A program made the position numbers and the translations under genes. A model generated the notes under the pieces. It did no database searches. It worked only from the letters and a program-made list of their open reading frames with translations, and had not been told where the DNA came from. DNA of 31,706 nt from Synechococcus sp. (GTDB lineage Bacteria > Cyanobacteriota > Cyanobacteriia > Thermostichales > PCC-7336), in assembly GCA_051439425.1 (NCBI GenBank), contig JBFRWD010000063.1, positions 1-31,706 of the forward strand. Reading direction: 5' to 3'. Positions 19,888 to 27,123 of the stretch are shown here, in pieces (position 1 is the stretch's first letter; each line of letters opens with the position of its first letter).

Positions 19888-21540
19888 ATGGATAAGCCTG
19901 TCATGTTGACCATCGATGACGATCCTGCCGTATTGCAGGCGATCGCTCGGGATTTGCGCAAACAATACGGCGATCGGTTTCGGATTGTGAGAGCCGATTC
20001 GGGCGCGAAGGCATTGGACGTCGTCCAACAATTGAAACTGCGAGGCAGTACAGTGGCCCTGTTTCTGGCAGATCAACGCATGCCGGAAATGAGTGGAGTG
20101 GAATTTCTCAATCAGGTGTCGGAGATCTTTCCGCAAGCCAAGCGTGCTTTACTGACGGCTTACGCAGATACCAATGCAGCCATTGATGCCATTAACACTG
20201 CTCAGTTGGATTACTACTTACTCAAACCCTGGGATCCACCGGAAGAAAAACTGTATCCGATATTGGATGACCTCATTCACGATTGGCAGGGCACCTTTAA
20301 ACCCGAGTTTCAAGGGGTGAAGGTGATTAGCGATCGCTGGTCGCCGCAATCCCATGCATTGCGAGACTTTCTTGCCCGGAACCAAATTCCGTATCGCTGG
20401 TTGGACATTGAAACCAATACCGAAGCTCAACAACTGGTCTCCTGCGCCGGGGAAACCGAAAACCCTTGCCTGCCGCTGGTTCTATTGCCAGATGGTGAAA
20501 AGCTCGTCAAACCCAGCCCAGCCGACTTAGCCCAGCATGTGGGTATGCAAACCGAAGCAACCAATCCCTTCTACGACTTGGTGATTATTGGGGGTGGCCC
20601 TGCCGGACTGGCCGCAGCTGTCTATGGGGCATCGGAAGGTTTGCGAACGGTGATGCTGGAACGCGAGGCTCCGGGCGGACAAGCAGGGACTAGCTCGCGC
20701 ATTGAAAACTATTTGGGCTTTCCGGTGGGATTGAGCGGCAGCGATTTGGCTCGCCGAGCGGTGACTCAAGCCAAGCGGTTCGGAGTTGAAATCTTGAACC
20801 CTCAGGAAGCCACCTCCATTCGGCTGGAGGATAACTACCGCGTTGTGACGTTGGCCGATGGCAGCGAGATTAGCTGTCACTCAGTGATTTTGGCCATGGG
20901 AGTATCGTGGCGCAGGCTTACAGTCCCGGGGATTGAGAAATTTACCGGTGCTGGAGTGTATTACGGAGCAGCGCAAACGGAAGCAGCGGCCTGTCAAGAC
21001 GAGGATGTGTATGTGGTTGGCGGGGCAAACTCTGCCGGACAGGCAGCTATGTATTTCTCCAAGTACGCCCGTAAGGTCCGCATGTTGGTGCGTGGCGAGT
21101 CGCTTACCAAGAGCATGTCTCAGTACTTGATCGACCAAATTGATGGGACGGACAACATTGAGGTACTACCGTTCCACAGCGTCATGGAAGCGAAAGGGGA
21201 CGATCGCTTAGAAGCCATTGTGGTGAAGGACTCTCAGACGGGTGAGCTAAAAAACTTCGACACCAATTCTCTGTTCATCTTTATTGGGGCGACACCTCGC
21301 ACAGAATGGCTGGATGGAGTGGTGCAGCGAGATGGGCGAGGCTTCTTGCAGACGGGACCGGATGTCACCAATGGCAGCCCTTGGCCATTAGAACGCGATC
21401 GCTTTTTGTTGGAAACCAATATCCCCGGCATCTTCGCGGTAGGAGATGTGCGATCGGGCTCGGTGAAACGGGTGGCGTCGGGGGTAGGTGAAGGATCGAT
21501 TTGCGTCCAGTTTGTCCACCGGCACCTAGCTACGGTCTAG
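19888..21540 (+). CDS. Response-regulator receiver fused to a thioredoxin-reductase-like FAD/NAD(P)H oxidoreductase
   Basis: REC domain: IDDD, ADQRMP (phospho-Asp), LLTAY, KPW. TrxB-like domain: GGGPAG, GGQA..SS.IENYLGFP, GGANSAGQAA, FIFIG, PGIFAVGDVR. The likely start MDKPV has AAGGA upstream. Confidence 0.92.
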   Translation: MDKPVMLTIDDDPAVLQAIARDLRKQYGDRFRIVRADSGAKALDVVQQLKLRGSTVALFLADQRMPEMSGVEFLNQVSEIFPQAKRALLTAYADTNAAIDAINTAQLDYYLLKPWDPPEEKLYPILDDLIHDWQGTFKPEFQGVKVISDRWSPQSHALRDFLARNQIPYRWLDIETNTEAQQLVSCAGETENPCLPLVLLPDGEKLVKPSPADLAQHVGMQTEATNPFYDLVIIGGGPAGLAAAVYGASEGLRTVMLEREAPGGQAGTSSRIENYLGFPVGLSGSDLARRAVTQAKRFGVEILNPQEATSIRLEDNYRVVTLADGSEISCHSVILAMGVSWRRLTVPGIEKFTGAGVYYGAAQTEAAACQDEDVYVVGGANSAGQAAMYFSKYARKVRMLVRGESLTKSMSQYLIDQIDGTDNIEVLPFHSVMEAKGDDRLEAIVVKDSQTGELKNFDTNSLFIFIGATPRTEWLDGVVQRDGRGFLQTGPDVTNGSPWPLERDRFLLETNIPGIFAVGDVRSGSVKRVASGVGEGSICVQFVHRHLATV

Positions 21541-21650
21541 GTGTTGCGCCCAACAGAAGGCTCAAATGTGTGGATTGTCCAATTCGTTATCTCACCACTC
21601 TGGGGCCTGAATAATTCGGTATCTCAAGCTGTCATTAGAAGGTCACGCAG

Positions 21651-23090
21651 GTGCTTTGCAAAGAATCGCTATTGCAGATGAAGCCCTTCCAGACACTCCC
21701 TCAAGAGCGGTTGGACTGGATTTGCGAAAACGCCGAGCCAATTCATCTGGAGGCGGGAGACGTACTGGTGCGCGAGGGGGAGCGATCGAAGGGATTTTTT
21801 ATCCAAATTTGCGGGCAAACCACGATCTCTCGTCTCAGCCACGGCACCGATATGCCCATAGGTCGTCACCTTAGCCCATCATTTTTTGGAGAAATACAGG
21901 TTCTCACCCACGACCTGGTACCTGTCACACTGACAGCCGATACACCGACCCAGTTGTACCGACTCAACTGCAATGACTTTCTAGAGATTCTGCACAGTTG
22001 TCGCGAATTTGAAAAAGACATCTTTCGCACCGTGGAACAACGACTCCGTGGTTTGGAGTCGTTTATTCAAAACCGCGAGAAGATGGCTGCCTTAGGGACT
22101 CTCGCCGCCGGTTTGGCCCACGAACTCAACAATCCTGCAGCAGCCCTAGTGCGTGTTTTGAAGGATATCAAACCTGCCATCTTGGAACTGCAGCGCATGA
22201 ACCTAGTCTATGGTCAGCAGCAGCCGGATGACGAGCACACCGAGCAGTGGGAAGCATTGCGAGATCGTGGGTTCGAAGCCATCTTGCACCCCAAAAACGA
22301 TCCGCTAGCTCAGGGAGATCGCGAAGATGCTCTGACTGAGTGGCTGGAGGATTATGGAGTAGAGGATGCTTGGAAGCTGGCAGAACCATTGGCAGCCGGG
22401 GAGGTCGATCTCCAGATCTTGGATGGGCTAACGGAACGGTGGCGAGATACCTCAACAGAGTTGAGGGAGATGGGGTTGAGATGGCTAGCGCTGTCGTTTG
22501 ATGTGATGAGTATGGTGGTCAACGGTCTGGATGGGGCAGAGCGGATTTCGACGCTGGTGCAGTCGATGAAGTCATACTCCTATATGGATCGGGCCGCACA
22601 ACAAGAAATTGACATTCATGACGGAATTGAGGATACATTGCGGCTATTTGCATTCAAGCTGAAGCATGGAATTAAGGTAGACCGCATGTATAACCGGGAG
22701 CTGCCCAAGTTAATGGCTTACGGTAGCGAGTTAAATCAGGTATGGACCAATTTGCTCGATAACGCGATCGATGCGCTGAATGATGGCATTCCAGACGGAT
22801 CTAAACCCAAGATTTCCATTCGCACCTGCCTAAAAAATAACTGCTTGAGGGTGCAGGTAGTCGATAATGGCCCCGGCATTCCCCCCGATGTGAAAGAGCG
22901 CATTTTAGATCCGTTTTTTACGACAAAGCCCATGGGGAAGGGAACGGGATTGGGGTTAGATGTTGTGCGTCGAATTGTTGAAAATCGCCACGGTGGCAGT
23001 CTGTTAATCGAATCCGTTCCCGGTAAAACCTGCTTTGAAGTGTTGTTGCCACTGGCGGAAGTGCGATCGCCCTCTCTACAGGCAAGTTAG
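21651..23090 (+). CDS. Soluble sensor histidine kinase with N-terminal cyclic-nucleotide-binding (cNMP/CAP_ED) domain
   Basis: cNMP domain: L..GDVLVREGE...FFGEI. HisKA: AGLAHELNNP. HATPase: NLLDNAIDA, DNGPGIP, PFFTTK..GKGTGLGL. No TM segment is evident. Confidence 0.93.
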   Translation: MLCKESLLQMKPFQTLPQERLDWICENAEPIHLEAGDVLVREGERSKGFFIQICGQTTISRLSHGTDMPIGRHLSPSFFGEIQVLTHDLVPVTLTADTPTQLYRLNCNDFLEILHSCREFEKDIFRTVEQRLRGLESFIQNREKMAALGTLAAGLAHELNNPAAALVRVLKDIKPAILELQRMNLVYGQQQPDDEHTEQWEALRDRGFEAILHPKNDPLAQGDREDALTEWLEDYGVEDAWKLAEPLAAGEVDLQILDGLTERWRDTSTELREMGLRWLALSFDVMSMVVNGLDGAERISTLVQSMKSYSYMDRAAQQEIDIHDGIEDTLRLFAFKLKHGIKVDRMYNRELPKLMAYGSELNQVWTNLLDNAIDALNDGIPDGSKPKISIRTCLKNNCLRVQVVDNGPGIPPDVKERILDPFFTTKPMGKGTGLGLDVVRRIVENRHGGSLLIESVPGKTCFEVLLPLAEVRSPSLQAS

Positions 23091-23164
23091 GCCACCCGAT
23101 ATCGTAATGTTTTGCAATATTTGGGGGATGAGTGGTAGCTTCTACCTAACGCACAGCTTCTTCT

Positions 23165-23872
23165 ATGACTCATACTCAGCACCTTCGCTCGGCTACCAAA
23201 CTAAATCCCCTCAAGCTGGTGGCGATCGGAGACAGTTTTGTCTATGGCTATGGCGATTGGGAGGGAGGGGGCTGGGCCGAGCGCCTGAAACGCCATTGGC
23301 ATCATCCCCAACAAGAGGGGCATATCCTTTACAATCTGGGGGTGAGGGGAGATACGGTGCGCCATCTGGAGCAGCGCCTGGAATCGGAATTGGGTCGCCG
23401 TGGAGAGTTACGACGTAGCGTGCCTGATGGGCTGATTGTGTCGGTGGGGGCCAATGACTCGGCACGGCTAGGCCATGCAAATGGACGACATTACGTGCCG
23501 CTGGATGAATTCGAAGGGGCGATCGCTAGAATTTTGACAAAGGCCCGAGAGTTTTGCCCGGTGTGGTTTGTGGGCATGGTGCCGGTGGATGAAGCGAAGA
23601 TGCCGTTTGCCGGTTCGGTGTATTACAGTCACGCCGATCAAGCGTTGTATAACGAGGCGATTCGTGAGGCTTGCGAGCAGTACAACGTTCCATTTCTCAA
23701 CTGCTTCGATCGCTGGAATCGTCGAGGTGAATTGTGGCGCAAGTCCCGGCTATTGGATGATGGCCTGCATCCGAATGTAGAAGGACATAAAGCCGTGTTT
23801 AATGACTTGCTGGATTGGCCTGAATTTGCTCAGTTGTTGGAGAAGACGGGTAGAGAGCTGGCGATCGCATGA
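23165..23872 (+). CDS. SGNH/GDSL hydrolase family protein
   Basis: Blocks GDSFVYG, NLGVRGD, GAND and DGLHPN. Confidence 0.93.
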   Translation: MTHTQHLRSATKLNPLKLVAIGDSFVYGYGDWEGGGWAERLKRHWHHPQQEGHILYNLGVRGDTVRHLEQRLESELGRRGELRRSVPDGLIVSVGANDSARLGHANGRHYVPLDEFEGAIARILTKAREFCPVWFVGMVPVDEAKMPFAGSVYYSHADQALYNEAIREACEQYNVPFLNCFDRWNRRGELWRKSRLLDDGLHPNVEGHKAVFNDLLDWPEFAQLLEKTGRELAIA

Positions 23873-23928
23873 GGCACATGTCAGCAGAAGAATTGCGCAC
23901 ACTGCTTGTTGAACGAAGCTTTACTTCC

Positions 23929-23958
23929 GATTATGCAGCTGTGCTTCACTGCATAATC
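23929..23958. terminator. 10-bp perfect stem-loop between the convergent GDSL and VanZ-cNMP genes
   Basis: GATTATGCAG-CTGTGCTTCA-CTGCATAATC, with no clear U-tract. Confidence 0.4.
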
Positions 23959-23962
23959 TAGA

Positions 23963-24059
23963 TATAGCAATCCGCTGTAAGGTCTGGAATGCAAGGACAG
24001 CTAAACCCCTCGACCTATAAAGAAAAATGGCCAGAGTATTCTCCATAGCTGATTGCAGA
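23963..24059 (+). repeat. Dispersed repeat family 2 copy
   Basis: TATAGCAATCCGCT...TAGCTGATTGC; ungapped match to the reverse complement of 7561-7657. Confidence 0.75.
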
Positions 24060-24245
24060 AAGTTGTACGTTTGGCCTTTCTGACTTCAGTTCGACAGTAC
24101 GCGTAACTGCGATGGCTTGTGGAGCGAGTGGAGTCACATTCCGGACGCTCCTACTTCGGCCTGAAAAGATCGCTAGTTTAAACCACAGCTTCCATCCAGT
24201 CGGCCACTATCAAGTCAGTCAAACTGCGATGTCAATTACACCTGG

Positions 24246-25022
24246 TTATTTTCCCTTTAGTGTGGCAATGCTCTGGCCCATGCGGCGCAATTCGTTTGCC
24301 ATCTGCGTCACAATGATCCCAAGTGGCTGCTGGGAGCCACCGATGTCATCGATGAGTGCGTCGTAGTCAATTGGATAAACCTGTACGGTTGTCTCTGCCG
24401 TCACCGTTGCCGGTTGAGGAATCTTAAGTATTTCGGGTAACAGGCCGAACATAGAGCCCACCCCCAAACGGGCGATTTCTACAGAATTTCCGTCTTGCTG
24501 AGACTGGGTCAGGATAACTGTTCCACTGTGGATAACGTAGAGCCGGTCGATGACTTGTCCTTCTTGCAGCAGGACACTTCCGGGGGGAAACGATTTCAAG
24601 CTCCGTCGGATACGGGCCGTTTCCAATTCAGTTTTGACGTAACCGTAGCCGAGTCTTGCCGCCAAGCCAACTCCTGCGCCGACCAATATCCCCAAGGTAT
24701 TGGCGATCGCGTCACCAATATCGAACGATCGCATGTTCAGAGGTTGCAATAGCTCGATCGCGTAACTCAGCAACGCCAGCCAAATGAGCGGATAGAGGCA
24801 CCAGCGCAACTTGAGGGAAAGGACAAAAACGGCAGCAAGGGTACCGTAAGCCATGAAGTGAATGACTTTATCCACTTCTAAGGTTTCGGGGCGATCGCCC
24901 ACTAAGCTACCGGCAACAACTAATATGACACCGACGACACCTGCCAAGGCCAGCAATTGGGCAACCTTTGGCGGAACGTCAAGCACGCTCCCCGAGCGCA
25001 AGGCCAATTCCTTAAAATCCAT
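24246..25022 (-). CDS. VanZ-like membrane domain fused to a cyclic-nucleotide-binding domain
   Basis: VanZ signature DKVIHFMAYG.L...IELLQ...RSFDIGDAIANTLG. C-terminal cNMP fold F..GSVLLQEG...LYVI.SG.V...G.MFG.L......ATVTA. Confidence 0.82.
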   Translation of the reverse strand: MDFKELALRSGSVLDVPPKVAQLLALAGVVGVILVVAGSLVGDRPETLEVDKVIHFMAYGTLAAVFVLSLKLRWCLYPLIWLALLSYAIELLQPLNMRSFDIGDAIANTLGILVGAGVGLAARLGYGYVKTELETARIRRSLKSFPPGSVLLQEGQVIDRLYVIHSGTVILTQSQQDGNSVEIARLGVGSMFGLLPEILKIPQPATVTAETTVQVYPIDYDALIDDIGGSQQPLGIIVTQMANELRRMGQSIATLKGK

Positions 25023-25182
25023 AGATATTCATTTGAGGTCATACACCACCGAATCACGTAGAGCGTCTATTGCACAACAGACGGTTCACACGATATCCCC
25101 ACAGAGAAGCATGAAAATAAAGAGGAAACTATCGGCAGTTGTTCTTCTCAAAATCGATACATTCTGACAGAGTTACTAATGC

Positions 25183-25277
25183 TGTAGTTTTTTCCATTTC
25201 AGTTAGGACAAACGTTTTTAATCGCAGTTAGGGCTGGACATCGCTGAAATGTCTGCAGTGGTATGGCCACTGCTATA
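25183..25277 (+). repeat. Dispersed repeat family 1 copy (95 bp)
   Basis: TGTAGTTTTTTCCATTTCAGTTAGGACAAACG...GACATCGCTGAAATGTCTGCAGTGGTATGGCCACTGCTATA. Confidence 0.85.
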
Positions 25278-25448
25278 TTGCATCGTCAACCATAGAGCTG
25301 TTCACAACAGACTCCTTCGAGGAACAAAAGTAATCACCAGAAATAATCTCCTCGAAGAACAGGGGGCAATAAGAGGGCTCAAATTTCTCAACAATCAACT
25401 ATCCGCAGTTGTCGTCGTAAAGATGCCACACATTCCTCATTAACGACT

Positions 25449-26759
25449 TCATGCGAGACTGTCATCGCAATCCAATAAACTCAGCTGCTCTTGCTCGGGT
25501 ATCCATAACGATTCATCCATATCCTCATCAGTCCAATCGGGAACCGTGTCGGCGGCTAGCTGGCGGGCAGCCTCCATCATGTCACTCTGTAACCCCGACA
25601 AATCGTCGCGCATCTGCAAGTAATGTTCGAGCGCATCGATCGGGCTCAGTGATGTGGAGGCCAGGTCGGGAAGGCGTGTCCGCGAGGGGGTTAGAACTTC
25701 GGGGTTGATGGAATAGGTGGATGCACTCGCTAATAACTCATGCAGGTGGCGATCGTCGATTTCATCCACGCGATCCGAACGAACGCGATAAATCAGGCGA
25801 ACTACTGCATCTGCAACCTCATGTTTGGCGATCGCCGTCTCTAATATTTGCATGGGAGCAAACTCCAGCTCGGGAGCCGTCAGATCGACCCGAATCGTGG
25901 AAAACTGTCGCACGTGTAGCGGCACAAATTCATAGCCAGTCTTCTCCAGCGTCACGTCCGCCAGCACAAACCCCTTCTCCTCGTTCTCCTCACCAAAATC
26001 CACCCGTTCGATACTGCCGGGATAAATGACCGGTGGATTCTCACACAACACTTGATGGCGATGAACGTGACCCAATGCTACGTACTGATATGCAGGGCGA
26101 GCCACAAACGACAGCGGCACCGTAAAACCTTTTCCCACCGCCAGATGGCGTTCGGCGCCAAAGCGAGCCCGATCGATCGTGGTATGAGCCAAAAGAATTG
26201 CAGGGATATTGGGCTCAAGACTGCGGGTTTCGGCCTCCAACGCCACGTTTAGCTTATTCAGCAGCGCCTGAGAGAGTGCTGAAGCCGATAATCCATCCGA
26301 TTCGGGACGTGTCAGCAATGCCGAGCGATTCAGCCAAGGGAGGGTGGTGACTTGAATGGGGCCGCTTGCTGTTTCGATCGTAAGGGTGCGGAGGCGATCT
26401 CCCACGTAAAACCCCGGTACGGCTAGAGTGCGATAAATGCTGAGGCTGTTTCCCTCCAATCCCTGACCGTGTTGATCATGATTCCCGACCAATAGAACGG
26501 TGGGAATATTGGCTTCCGCCAGGCGACTGAACTGAGAGGCAAATGCTTCTTGATGGAGTGGTGGTGGGGTGGCGTCAGGGAAAGCATCTCCGCCGAACAG
26601 GACGAGATCGACCGAGTCGTCAATGGCGCGATCGATGCAGTGACCTAGGGTCGCAGTGAAATCTTCCAGACGGGTGTTAAACCCTGTTTGAGGGTTAATG
26701 CGTCCGTGATTGAGTCCGCTACCTAAATGGATATCGGAAAGGTGTAGGACTTTAACCAT
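25449..26759 (-). CDS. sbcD: Exonuclease SbcCD subunit D (Mre11-like nuclease)
   Basis: Metallophosphoesterase motifs HLSDIHLG, GGDAF, GNHD, ALGHVH and YPGSIERVDFGE..E.KG. Confidence 0.95.
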   Translation of the reverse strand: MVKVLHLSDIHLGSGLNHGRINPQTGFNTRLEDFTATLGHCIDRAIDDSVDLVLFGGDAFPDATPPPLHQEAFASQFSRLAEANIPTVLLVGNHDQHGQGLEGNSLSIYRTLAVPGFYVGDRLRTLTIETASGPIQVTTLPWLNRSALLTRPESDGLSASALSQALLNKLNVALEAETRSLEPNIPAILLAHTTIDRARFGAERHLAVGKGFTVPLSFVARPAYQYVALGHVHRHQVLCENPPVIYPGSIERVDFGEENEEKGFVLADVTLEKTGYEFVPLHVRQFSTIRVDLTAPELEFAPMQILETAIAKHEVADAVVRLIYRVRSDRVDEIDDRHLHELLASASTYSINPEVLTPSRTRLPDLASTSLSPIDALEHYLQMRDDLSGLQSDMMEAARQLAADTVPDWTDEDMDESLWIPEQEQLSLLDCDDSLA

Positions 26760-27123
26760 AGAAATATGGACGATACGGAGAAGTTTGGGACCAGAGAGAG
26801 CGTGTCAAACCCACTACCGCGATGCGAAACAATGACAGCCTATGACTGTGAAAAACTGTACTAAAAAAATAGTCTAGGCTCATCGAAAGAGTCGCTCAGC
26901 TAGTGTCCGGAAATCCGCTAAGATATCGCGATTCAAGCCCGCTCGAAATCAGAGCCAGCCAGCCAACTGACAGCCGACTTTCAGGTGAGTCGTAAGTTCG
27001 TTTTTTTGAACCACGCCACAAATCGAGGTTCGCTGACATCCCAAAAGCTCCAATCGACGGTTGTTCCACATCTTGCAGATAACTACCACCTATACTGGCT
27101 CCCGTTGGGTTGAGTGACGCGGC

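Noticed and set aside
26849..26862. Possible LexA box upstream of sbcD (AGTACAGTTTTTCA on the minus strand)
   Set aside because: It has two mismatches to the cyanobacterial RGTAC-N3-DGTWCB consensus, too weak to call.
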